A stretch of DNA of 64,000 bases. Origin: Photobacterium sp. (GTDB lineage: Bacteria; Pseudomonadota; Gammaproteobacteria; Enterobacterales; Vibrionaceae). The position numbers and the translations under genes are program-made. Each line of letters starts with the position of its first letter. The first letter of the stretch is position 1. Below are positions 1 through 11,607 of the stretch, one piece after another. The notes beneath the pieces are model-generated. The model did no database searches, was not told the origin of the DNA, and saw only the letters and a program-made list of their open reading frames with translations. The stretch covers positions 12,556-76,555 of the forward strand of contig NZ_JAWWDA010000018.1 of the NCBI RefSeq assembly GCF_033720175.1, read 5' to 3'.

Positions 1-59
1 TGGATTCCCTGCCGTCGCAACAAGGCCACCAAACGGTGACGTTCTTCCACATAACGCAT
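1..59 (-). CDS. pcm: protein-L-isoaspartate O-methyltransferase, first 19 codons only (gene runs off the left edge)
   Basis: ATG at 59-57 lies two nt after the surE stop. The translation MRYVEERHRLVALLRRQGI resembles Pcm N-termini, and surE-pcm adjacency is the conserved order. Confidence 0.55.
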   Translation of the reverse strand, partial: MRYVEERHRLVALLRRQGI

Positions 60-61
60 CC

Positions 62-811
62 TTATTTTATCTCCACTTCTTTCATCCATAGCTCAACACT
101 GTCGATGGCATTATGAGCCGTTAAATCAACTTGCAGCGGGGTAATAGACACCGATTTTTGTTCGATGGCATGAAAATCCGTACCGGGACCTGCATCCTGG
201 CCAAGCCCCGGCGGACCAAGCCAGTAAAGAGTTTTACCACGAGGATCCGTATCTTTGACCATCTGCTCTGCACGGTGCCGTGCCCCCAGTCGCGTGACTT
301 GCCAACCGGTTAATTCCGCCAAAGGAACATCCGGCACATTTATATTAAGGATCTGATTGTTGAGCAACGGCTTATCAATCAAATTGCGAACCAGCTCTTT
401 GACCACCTGCGCTGCCGTGTCAAAGTATACGGAACCCACCAGCGATACCGCTATTGCCGGCACACCAAGGAAATGCCCCTCCGTCGCTGCCGCTACCGTA
501 CCGGAATATAAGACGTCATCCCCCAGATTGGCACCATGGTTAATACCGGCAACCACGATATCCGGGCGGTATTCCAGCCACTCATTCAGGGCAAAGTGGA
601 CACAATCGGTCGGTGTACCTTCAACAGAGATCCGACCTGGTCCTTCTTCGCGAATACGCAGCGGATTATCAAGTGATAGGGAGTTTGAAGCCCCGGAGCG
701 ATTTCGATCCGGGGCGACCACGGTAACCTCCCCCAGCTCACCCAATACAGAGGCAAGCGTATTAATGCCTTCGGCAAAAATACCGTCATCATTACTGATT
801 AAAATTCGCAT
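62..811 (-). CDS. surE: 5'/3'-nucleotidase SurE
   Basis: [20 protein letters not shown]... is a typical SurE N-terminus. ATG 811 was chosen; the ORF is open to 832. It overlaps the truD stop by 20 nt. Confidence 0.9.
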   Translation of the reverse strand: MRILISNDDGIFAEGINTLASVLGELGEVTVVAPDRNRSGASNSLSLDNPLRIREEGPGRISVEGTPTDCVHFALNEWLEYRPDIVVAGINHGANLGDDVLYSGTVAAATEGHFLGVPAIAVSLVGSVYFDTAAQVVKELVRNLIDKPLLNNQILNINVPDVPLAELTGWQVTRLGARHRAEQMVKDTDPRGKTLYWLGPPGLGQDAGPGTDFHAIEQKSVSITPLQVDLTAHNAIDSVELWMKEVEIK

Positions 812-1856
812 GGTCGCCATCCTCTCGTTCACGCTCCATTATTAGCTCGCGTACCACAGAGGTTGCGAAACAACCCGCCGGCAGGGCGAATGCCAGCACG
901 AGATCATCACCATCGAATTGCCATTCCATCTCTTGTGGCTTTAACAATAACGGACGACGCTCATGACGCATACGGTTATCACGGATCAATTTAAGCAGCA
1001 ATGGCTCTTGTTCAATCACCGATAATTCAAATGCTTCTGCATCAGCCTGAGTCGGTAAGGCATTATCACCCACTAAGGGGGCCGTAATATTTACGCGCCC
1101 CTCATCAATGCTCGTTTGTAGTTCAGGGCTAATCGTTTCAGCCAGGAAGCCATTCTCTTCCCCCATATTTTGCAAACTGTCACCCAGCATCAGCGAGTGA
1201 ACGTTGCCCTGCTCAATTCGCGTCGACAGTACCATGTTGAATAGCCAAGAACGTGCCGCGGATAAATAAAAGCTGCGCTTACTCTTGTCTCGAACTCGAA
1301 ATTCGTCATTCCCCCAGCTACGCGCCTTCACCACATTATTACCGCTATGCCCAAATCGCTGCTCACCATAATAGTTGGGCACGCCGTGGCACTTCACCTG
1401 CTCTAATTTGGCGGCCAGTTCATCCGGCTTATCAAGTTCAAGCAAGCGCAACTGGAACCAGTTGCCGACTAAATCGCCCGGACGCAGTTTTTTATCGTGG
1501 CGGGTGGTTTCCAAGACTTCAACTCCCGGATGCTCTGCCACAAACAAAGTTAAATCAGGATCTGGCTTTCCGGGCAGATGAACACTTAACCACTGCTCCG
1601 TTACCGCATGACGATCTTTGAGGCCGGCCCAGCTCACATCTCGCGATTTGACGCCACATGCTTTCGCCAGCTCATTGACCACAAACTTGGTGTTTTCACC
1701 TGTCTTGCGGATCTTCACCATAAAGTGTTCGCCTTGCCCGGCAAAATCAAAACCTAAGTTTTCTTTGACTACAAAGTGGTCAGGCTGGACTTTGATCCGC
1801 CCCTGACACGTTGGTTTTTCATATAACCAACAAAAATTGTCCATGACATTAGACAT
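792..1856 (-). CDS. truD: tRNA pseudouridine(13) synthase TruD
   Basis: Full-length similarity to TruD ([24 protein letters not shown]). ATG 1856 lies 2 nt after the ispF stop; the ORF is open to 1892. Confidence 0.9.
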   Translation of the reverse strand: MSNVMDNFCWLYEKPTCQGRIKVQPDHFVVKENLGFDFAGQGEHFMVKIRKTGENTKFVVNELAKACGVKSRDVSWAGLKDRHAVTEQWLSVHLPGKPDPDLTLFVAEHPGVEVLETTRHDKKLRPGDLVGNWFQLRLLELDKPDELAAKLEQVKCHGVPNYYGEQRFGHSGNNVVKARSWGNDEFRVRDKSKRSFYLSAARSWLFNMVLSTRIEQGNVHSLMLGDSLQNMGEENGFLAETISPELQTSIDEGRVNITAPLVGDNALPTQADAEAFELSVIEQEPLLLKLIRDNRMRHERRPLLLKPQEMEWQFDGDDLVLAFALPAGCFATSVVRELIMEREREDGDHANFNQ

Positions 1857-1858
1857 CG

Positions 1859-2332
1859 TTATACCTTTTGAATTAAGACCACAGCTTCGCAAGCAATGCC
1901 TTCTTTGCGTCCCGTAAAACCGAGACGTTCAGTGGTTGTCGCCTTAACATTAATATTCTCAATTTCCGTTTCCAGATCGTCGGAAATTGCCTGGCACATC
2001 TCATCAATATACGGTGCCATTTTCGGTGCCTGGGCAATGATGGTGACATCCAGATTGCCCAGCCGGTAGCCTTTTGCTTTTACTTTACTGTAGACGTCAC
2101 GCAGTAAGAAACGGCTATCAGCCCCTTTCCACTCAGCATCCGTATCCGGGAAGTGGCGGCCAATATCCCCGGCACCAATGGCACCCAGCAAAGCGTCACA
2201 CACAGCATGAAGCGCAACGTCACCATCAGAATGGGCAATTAAGCCCTGATCATAAGGGATAGCAACCCCGCCAATGATCACCGGGCCGTCGCCGCCAAAC
2301 TTATGCACATCAAAACCATGTCCAATTCGCAT
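1859..2332 (-). CDS. ispF: 2-C-methyl-D-erythritol 2,4-cyclodiphosphate synthase
   Basis: [12 protein letters not shown]...[10 protein letters not shown] motifs; 157 aa; start overlaps the ispD stop (ATGA). Confidence 0.95.
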   Translation of the reverse strand: MRIGHGFDVHKFGGDGPVIIGGVAIPYDQGLIAHSDGDVALHAVCDALLGAIGAGDIGRHFPDTDAEWKGADSRFLLRDVYSKVKAKGYRLGNLDVTIIAQAPKMAPYIDEMCQAISDDLETEIENINVKATTTERLGFTGRKEGIACEAVVLIQKV

Positions 2333-3075
2333 CAGGGCTGCTCCTTAATCAGTTGTTCCAAATAAAAGCCGGCAAGAGCTAAATCTTCAGGCTGGGTTAC
2401 TTTCAGGTTATCGGCCCGCCCTTTAACCAGCAGTGGGGAATACCCACAATATTCCAGAGCTGACGCTTCGTCGGTAATAACCGCACCCTCTTTGAGCGCT
2501 TGTTGCAATGACTCCCGTAATTGCTTCACTCTAAACATCTGCGGGGTAAGTGCATGCCAGAGGTTGTCACGATCGACGGTTTCAGCAATAACTGGCAGGC
2601 TGTTGTGATGCAGAACATTACTTTGCTGTTTATTAACAGGCGACCGGCTGCCGCGCTTCATGGTATCGCGTACAGGGGCCGCCAGAATCGCACCATCTTC
2701 ACTTTGCAGCGCAGCCGCCACCAACCGCACCAGATCCGCTAATCGTACACATGGCCTTGCCGCGTCATGTACCAGCACCCAGCTGTTCTCATCGACAATG
2801 GCAGCAAGACCGGCAAACACCGAATCTGCTCGCTCAGCCCCCCCCTCAACAACCTGAATCCGAGGATCGCTGGCAAGCGGCAGCGAAGGAAAATAGGGAT
2901 CACCGTTACTGATCGCAATAATTATCCGTTCAATCTGCGGGAGGCTGAACAGGCGATCAACGGTGTGCTCCAAAATCGTTTTACCTGCAATGGCTAAATA
3001 TTGCTTAGGCCGGTCAGCCGCCATACGGCTACCGACCCCGGCAGCAGGTACGACGGCGGTAAGTTGTTGGGTCAT
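2332..3075 (-). CDS. ispD: 2-C-methyl-D-erythritol 4-phosphate cytidylyltransferase
   Basis: [11 protein letters not shown] nucleotide-binding motif; conserved ispD-ispF pairing. Confidence 0.95.
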   Translation of the reverse strand: MTQQLTAVVPAAGVGSRMAADRPKQYLAIAGKTILEHTVDRLFSLPQIERIIIAISNGDPYFPSLPLASDPRIQVVEGGAERADSVFAGLAAIVDENSWVLVHDAARPCVRLADLVRLVAAALQSEDGAILAAPVRDTMKRGSRSPVNKQQSNVLHHNSLPVIAETVDRDNLWHALTPQMFRVKQLRESLQQALKEGAVITDEASALEYCGYSPLLVKGRADNLKVTQPEDLALAGFYLEQLIKEQP

Positions 3076-3094
3076 GGCAAGGTTTCGTTAAGAG

Positions 3095-3382
3095 TTAATA
3101 ATTTGGGCTGCTTTCACCCACAATGCGAAAAAATGTTTCACTCGGCTTAATCATACCAAGTTCATTTCTGGCGCGCTCTTCTACCGCTTCCTGACCACGG
3201 TGAAGATCATGGATTTCGGCATACATCTGCTGGTTGCGCTGGACAAGTTCAGCATTTGCTTTCTGTTGTATTTTTACATTGCCTTCTACTGCTAAATAAT
3301 CCATCAGGCCATTCTTCCCGAGCCAGAAGTCATATTGCAGCCAAACTAAAACAGCCAGCAGCATCACGGTTAACAGACGCAT
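3095..3382 (-). CDS. ftsB: cell division protein FtsB
   Basis: N-terminal TM helix plus coiled coil, with a C-terminal [21 protein letters not shown] 3382 was chosen; the ORF-track start at 3394 is a GTG. Confidence 0.9.
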   Translation of the reverse strand: MRLLTVMLLAVLVWLQYDFWLGKNGLMDYLAVEGNVKIQQKANAELVQRNQQMYAEIHDLHRGQEAVEERARNELGMIKPSETFFRIVGESSPNY

Positions 3383-3612
3383 GCATGTCCCCACTTTCGC
3401 GTTAAATACGTTAGACCAGTTGTATTATACTGATTAGTATTAGGGTAAGTATTCATTCCTCTCGTTCGTTTCACCCTCTTCAGGGCAACGAGTCAGGGGG
3501 AATGGATACTCTTTAAAAATATCCAACTTGTAATAATCCCACAAACCATTGTTGGTGACTAGCGTTAGGCTTTTAGTCTGCGTTATTCAGATATAAAAAG
3601 TTCTTCAGACAT

Positions 3613-3640
3613 AAAAAAACCGCCTCAAAAGAGGCGGTTT
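3613..3640 (-). terminator. intrinsic terminator downstream of eno
   Basis: Stem CCGCCTC/GAGGCGG (3620-3626 / 3631-3637), loop AAAA, followed on the minus strand by a 7-nt T run. Confidence 0.85.
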
Positions 3641-3682
3641 CAGAAGAATAAGGGTTAATTACCCAAAGTCAGTGCTTAATAA

Positions 3683-5011
<1,329 letters not shown>

Positions 5012-5020
5012 TTAAAAGCT

Positions 5021-5052
5021 AAAAAACAGCTGTAGCTATCATCACTACAGCT
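5021..5052 (-). terminator. intrinsic terminator/attenuator between pyrG and eno
   Basis: Stem AGCTGTAG/CTACAGCT (5028-5035 / 5045-5052) followed on the minus strand by TTTTTT. Confidence 0.6.
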
Positions 5053-5067
5053 ATCCGTAATCCTTAC

Positions 5068-6735
<1,668 letters not shown>

Positions 6736-6944
6736 TTAAAAAGCTATCTGGACGGGAAATTAGTATACCAGACACATTTTTTTCCACAACGTGAAAACTA
6801 TCACAGCACTCATCGTTTTTTTTTGTTTCAAATCAATTATACTTATAGCGATTACGTTTCGCGTGATAAAGCCGAGAAAACAACACCAACAAAAAAAAGA
6901 AAATGGGACATTTTTTTCACCTATCGTCCCTGTTTTGCCATTAA

Positions 6945-7745
6945 TCACTCTTCTTTTTTAACTTTATCCCATTCGGCATCGAGCATATCCAGAGAGCATT
7001 CATCAATGCGCCTCCCTTGTTGCTGCACCTTTCTTTCAACTTCGCGAAAACGTCGCTCAAATTTTTTATTGGCTCGCTGCAGTGCCTGTTCGGGTTTAAC
7101 CTGCAAATGACGGCTCAAGTTCACCACCGAAAACAGTAAATCCCCCATTTCTTCTTCAACCTTACTGTGATCAACTGACACCTGAATGACTTCATCCATC
7201 ACTTCATCAAGCTCTTCCTTCACCTTATCAACCACCGGCCCCACAGAATCCCAGTCAAAGCCGTGCTTTGCGCAACGCTTCTGAATTTTATCAGCACGAC
7301 TCAGCGCCGGCAGAGCCAGCGGAATATTGGCCAGCAGACTGCTATCCTGGCCTTTCGCATCACGCTCTTTGGCTTTTTCAGCTTCCCAGTGGGCGTTGAT
7401 CGCCGCATCGTCAGCAAAATCAGTCTCACCAAACACATGCGGATGGCGGCGGATCAGCTTTTCATTCAAGCCATTCACCACGTCATTAAAATCAAATAAC
7501 CCTTGCTCTTTGCCCATCTGGCTGTAAAAAATAATCTGGAACAGTAAATCCCCCAGCTCTTCCCGTACATCGTTCCAGTCTTGCTGTTCAATCGCATCAG
7601 CGACTTCATAAGCTTCTTCAATGGTGTGGGGCACAATCGAGGCAAAGGTCTGCTTACGATCCCACGGGCACCCTTGGCTTGGATCCCGCAATGTCGCCAT
7701 AATCTCAATAAGCTGCTCAATCGGTGTTTGCTGTTTATCGCTCAT
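6945..7745 (-). CDS. mazG: nucleoside triphosphate pyrophosphohydrolase MazG
   Basis: Two MazG repeats (EExxEVxDAI, EEMGDLLF). ATG 7745 was chosen because the GTG at 7790 lies inside the relA terminator hairpin. Confidence 0.9.
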   Translation of the reverse strand: MSDKQQTPIEQLIEIMATLRDPSQGCPWDRKQTFASIVPHTIEEAYEVADAIEQQDWNDVREELGDLLFQIIFYSQMGKEQGLFDFNDVVNGLNEKLIRRHPHVFGETDFADDAAINAHWEAEKAKERDAKGQDSSLLANIPLALPALSRADKIQKRCAKHGFDWDSVGPVVDKVKEELDEVMDEVIQVSVDHSKVEEEMGDLLFSVVNLSRHLQVKPEQALQRANKKFERRFREVERKVQQQGRRIDECSLDMLDAEWDKVKKEE

Positions 7746-7773
7746 AGTCACTATTCTTTTTTGCTCTGATGTT

Positions 7774-7802
7774 AAAAAAACGGGAAGCACAATGGCTTCC
7801 CG
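7774..7802 (-). terminator. intrinsic terminator about 78 nt downstream of relA, 29 nt upstream of the mazG ATG
   Basis: Stem CGGGAAGC/GCTTCCCG (7781-7788 / 7795-7802), 6-nt loop, followed on the minus strand by a 7-nt T run (A run 7774-7780). Confidence 0.8.
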
Positions 7803-7872
7803 GTTCTAGTTTCTAGTATCGAGGTTCTAGGCTCTCATTTCTAGATACTCGATTCTCGCTTCTCGATATTCG
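7803..7872. repeat. array of ten degenerate heptamers in exact 7-nt phase
   Basis: GTTCTAG TTTCTAG TATCGAG GTTCTAG GCTCTCA TTTCTAG ATACTCG ATTCTCG CTTCTCG ATATTCG, read directly. Related arrays occur at other intergenic sites (see findings). Confidence 0.85.
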
Positions 7873-7879
7873 GCTCCCG

Positions 7880-10108
7880 TTAATACAGACGCTTGGCCTC
7901 GGCGACATCCTTCACCTGCTCAATCCGCTTCAGAACCTTGCTCAACACATCCAGATCGGTCAGTTCTAAATCAAAGTCCATCACCGACATCTGTTTCTTG
8001 TAGTCGATCCGACTCTTCACACCCGCCACTTTGGCTTTTTCATTGGCAAAGGTATTGGTCAGATCTTTGATCAAGCCATTGCGCTCAGACGCGGTGACCC
8101 GCACCGTAATATTATAGTTACCGACAAATCCTCCGCCCCATACGGTATGGATTATACGCTCCGGTATATGGTGACGGAGCTCTTCCAGCTGTTCGCAGTC
8201 ATTACGGTGCACCGAAATACCTCGTCCCTGGGTAACAAAACCAACGATTTTATCGCCAGGGATCGGCTGGCAACAGCGAGCTAGGTGGGTCATCAGGTTA
8301 TCCACCCCTTCAACCACAACAGCATCACGTTGCGGTTTTTTCGCACTGGTGCTGGTTTTCGCTCCCGCCTCTGTCAGTTTGTCTAACAGCTGCTGATCTT
8401 CTTCTTCTGCGGTCGGCTTATTAACCATAGTGTTGATATGGTTAACAACCTGGTTGATACGCAAATCGCCACTGCCGATACCCACAAACAACTCATCGAG
8501 TGATTTGGCATTAAAGCGTTTTAAGGCATATGCCTCTGCGTCTTTGAGTGTTGCGCCGACTTTGTGCAGTTCGACTTCAAGCATTTCACGCCCGGCAACC
8601 ATGTTCTTGTCACGATCTTGCTTGCGGAACCAGGCATGGACTTTGGCTCGGGCGCGGCTTGAGGTAACAAAACCAAGGTTGGGGTTCAACCAGTCACGTG
8701 ACGGGTTGGGCTCTTTCTGAGTGATAATCTCGACCTGCTCACCCATTTGCAAGTGATAGGTGAAAGGGACAATCCGGCCTTCGACCTTGGCACCAATGCA
8801 GCGGTGACCGACTTCCGAGTGAATGTGGTAGGCGAAATCAAGCGGCGTCGCATCAAGCGGCAAATCAACCACGTCCCCTTTCGGCGTAAACGCATAAACG
8901 CGGTCATCAAAGACCTGGCTCCGTAACTCTTCCAGCATTTCGCCAGAATCTGACATTTCTTCCTGCCACACCAGCAGCTTACGCAACCAGTTAATTTTTT
9001 CGTCGTAGGATGATTTTGCACCGCCAGACGAGCCTTCTTTATATTTCCAGTGCGCGGCAACCCCGAGTTCAGATTCTTCATGCATTTGCTTGGTGCGGAT
9101 CTGAATTTCAATCGTTTTGCCTTCCGGCCCCAGTACCACTGTATGGATAGACTGATAGCCATTGGGCTTCGGGTTGGCGACATAGTCGTCGAATTCTTTC
9201 GGCAGATGACGATACTTGGTGTGCACCACACCTAATGCGGCATAACAGTCTTGGAGCTGATCGGCAATAATACGCACGGCACGTACGTCAAACAGCTCAT
9301 CGAAGGCCAGATTCTTCTTCTGCATTTTGCGCCAGATGCTGTAGATGTGCTTCGGGCGGCCATGCACTTCAGCATTAATGTTGTAAGCCCGCATTGATTC
9401 CGCAAGATCTGACACGAAAGAGTCAATATATTGCTCGCGATCGATACGACGCTCAGAGAGCTGTTTGGCAATCTGCTTGTAGGTTTCAGGATGCTGATAG
9501 CGGAAAGCGTAATCCTCGATTTCCCACTTAAGCTGACCAATCCCCAGACGATTAGCCAATGGCGCGTAGATATTGGCACACTCACGCGCAGCCGCACGAC
9601 GCACCTCATCCGGTTCATCTTTTACTTCACGCAGGTTACAGATACGCTCTGCAAGCTTGATGACCACGCAGCGGAAATCATCCACCATCGATAACAACAT
9701 GCGGCGAATATTATCAACCTGCACTGATTGCGCGGCACCGTCGGTGTTCGCATTCAGCTGCCTGATTGCCGCCATTTGCTCGACCCCTGTCACCATCTGC
9801 AGGATCGTGCTGTTGTAATCTTCCTTAACCTGCTCATGAGCATAAACGCCAGCTTCCACCAGCGGGAACAGTAGCGCTGCAATCAGCGTATCTCTGTCCA
9901 TACTCAGGGTAACCAGGATTTCTACCATTTCGCGGCCACGCCATAACAGCAATGGCGCAGACTCTTCCCCAGTCGTTAGATCGATACATCGCTGATAGGT
10001 TTTTTGAATGCGGCCAGACACCTCGGCGTCTTGCTGCAAACTCTCGACCCAAGATGAAAGTTCAAATGTATTATTTCCCTTTAAATGCGCACCGCGAACT
10101 GCGACCAT
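7880..10108 (-). CDS. relA: GTP pyrophosphokinase RelA
   Basis: MVAVRGAHL N-terminus, RPKHIYSIWRKMQKK synthetase motif, TGS/ACT C-terminal region; 742 aa. Confidence 0.95.
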   Translation of the reverse strand: MVAVRGAHLKGNNTFELSSWVESLQQDAEVSGRIQKTYQRCIDLTTGEESAPLLLWRGREMVEILVTLSMDRDTLIAALLFPLVEAGVYAHEQVKEDYNSTILQMVTGVEQMAAIRQLNANTDGAAQSVQVDNIRRMLLSMVDDFRCVVIKLAERICNLREVKDEPDEVRRAAARECANIYAPLANRLGIGQLKWEIEDYAFRYQHPETYKQIAKQLSERRIDREQYIDSFVSDLAESMRAYNINAEVHGRPKHIYSIWRKMQKKNLAFDELFDVRAVRIIADQLQDCYAALGVVHTKYRHLPKEFDDYVANPKPNGYQSIHTVVLGPEGKTIEIQIRTKQMHEESELGVAAHWKYKEGSSGGAKSSYDEKINWLRKLLVWQEEMSDSGEMLEELRSQVFDDRVYAFTPKGDVVDLPLDATPLDFAYHIHSEVGHRCIGAKVEGRIVPFTYHLQMGEQVEIITQKEPNPSRDWLNPNLGFVTSSRARAKVHAWFRKQDRDKNMVAGREMLEVELHKVGATLKDAEAYALKRFNAKSLDELFVGIGSGDLRINQVVNHINTMVNKPTAEEEDQQLLDKLTEAGAKTSTSAKKPQRDAVVVEGVDNLMTHLARCCQPIPGDKIVGFVTQGRGISVHRNDCEQLEELRHHIPERIIHTVWGGGFVGNYNITVRVTASERNGLIKDLTNTFANEKAKVAGVKSRIDYKKQMSVMDFDLELTDLDVLSKVLKRIEQVKDVAEAKRLY

Positions 10109-10141
10109 TTTTTAATCCTGTTTTTCTCTGTTAAAGAAACA

Positions 10142-11485
10142 CTATTTTTGGGTAGCCGGACTCATTTGGGTAAACAAGGCCATTGACTCCAGGTGTCCGG
10201 TATGCGGAAACATATCCAGCATTCCCAAGCGTTCCAACTGATAACCTTTTTGCAGTAATACCTGACTATCGCGCGCGAGCGTAGCCGGATTACATGATAC
10301 ATATACTACCCTTTCAGGCTTAAGATTCACTACATGCTGCATCACACCCGCAGCGCCTGCACGTGCTGGATCCAATAAAATTTTATTAAACGGTTCGCGC
10401 GCCCACGCCAGCTTAGTGACGTCATCATCCAGGTTAGCCTGATAAAAGGCTGCATTACTCTGCTTGTTGCACATCGCATTCTCTGTGGCACGATGAACCA
10501 TTTCTTCGATACCTTCAATACCAACCAGTGCTTTTGCGCGTTTTGCCAACGGTAAACTAAAATTTCCCAACCCGCAAAATAGATCCAGCACACGATCATC
10601 TGGCTTAACATCCAGCCAATCGGCGGCTTGACGGACCATTTTTTTATTCACTTCACGGTTGACCTGAATAAAGTCTTTTGGTGAAAAATTCAGCTTCAGT
10701 TCATCCAGTTTATAGTACGGTGCATCACCGTAAACACGCTCGATGTCATCCGATGTCGGAGCTAAGAATAGAATAACATTATGCGCTTGAGCAAACTGGC
10801 GAATCAACGTCATGTCTTTGTCAGAAAACGGTTTTAAATGACGAATTAAGACCACCCGGCCGTTATCCGCTTCCACCAGTTCGACATGGCCGAGGTGTTT
10901 GTGACCTTTCAACTGACTTAGCAGGCTGCGTAATGGCGGTAAAAGTTCATTCAGTGATTGCGCCAGCACCGGACATTGCTCAACGTCAACAATCTCTTTG
11001 CTCTGCTTCTTGCGAAAGCCAAACTGCAATTTTCCCGCCCCCGGCTTAATGCTGAATCGGGCGCAGCGACGGTAATGCAGATCACGACCAACAATCGGAG
11101 CGACCTGGGGAAAAAATTGCGGCTGTTCAGTGGCGGCAAACTTGCTCATTAGCTCGGTTAATGCCAGTTGCTTAGCCTCGACCTGCCCTGAGTGGGACAA
11201 ATGTTGTAAGTTGCACCCGCCACACTGGTCATAGATCGGGCAATGCGGTTTAATACGTGCCTGACTATCGGTAAGACGCTTGATGACCTTGGCACGAGCG
11301 TACTGCTTTTTGTCTTCAGTAAGCTGAACCAGTGCCTTTTCACCCGGTAATAAGCCGTCAACAAAGACAGATTTACCATTAAGATGACCAATACCAGAGC
11401 CAAGGTGATCTAAACGGCTGATTGTAATTTCTTTATGCTTAGTATCGGTTATTTTACGTTTCTGAGGCTTAAAAAAGCGTGCCAT
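10142..11485 (-). CDS. rlmD: 23S rRNA (uracil1939-C5)-methyltransferase RlmD (RumA)
   Basis: TRAM-like N-terminus, 4-Cys cluster (CPIYDQCGGCNLQH) and SAM motif DLFCGLGNF. ATG 11485 was chosen; 11500 is a GTG. Confidence 0.88.
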   Translation of the reverse strand: MARFFKPQKRKITDTKHKEITISRLDHLGSGIGHLNGKSVFVDGLLPGEKALVQLTEDKKQYARAKVIKRLTDSQARIKPHCPIYDQCGGCNLQHLSHSGQVEAKQLALTELMSKFAATEQPQFFPQVAPIVGRDLHYRRCARFSIKPGAGKLQFGFRKKQSKEIVDVEQCPVLAQSLNELLPPLRSLLSQLKGHKHLGHVELVEADNGRVVLIRHLKPFSDKDMTLIRQFAQAHNVILFLAPTSDDIERVYGDAPYYKLDELKLNFSPKDFIQVNREVNKKMVRQAADWLDVKPDDRVLDLFCGLGNFSLPLAKRAKALVGIEGIEEMVHRATENAMCNKQSNAAFYQANLDDDVTKLAWAREPFNKILLDPARAGAAGVMQHVVNLKPERVVYVSCNPATLARDSQVLLQKGYQLERLGMLDMFPHTGHLESMALFTQMSPATQK

Positions 11486-11607
11486 AGTGTTTTGACTCAC
11501 TGAAAAGACATTGGTTGATTGTCGAGCAGCCCTAGTTTCATTAAGCTAAAGGCCACAGGTGGACGACAATTCTCCCACAGAATCGCATTCTTGTAATTAA
11601 GAGAACC

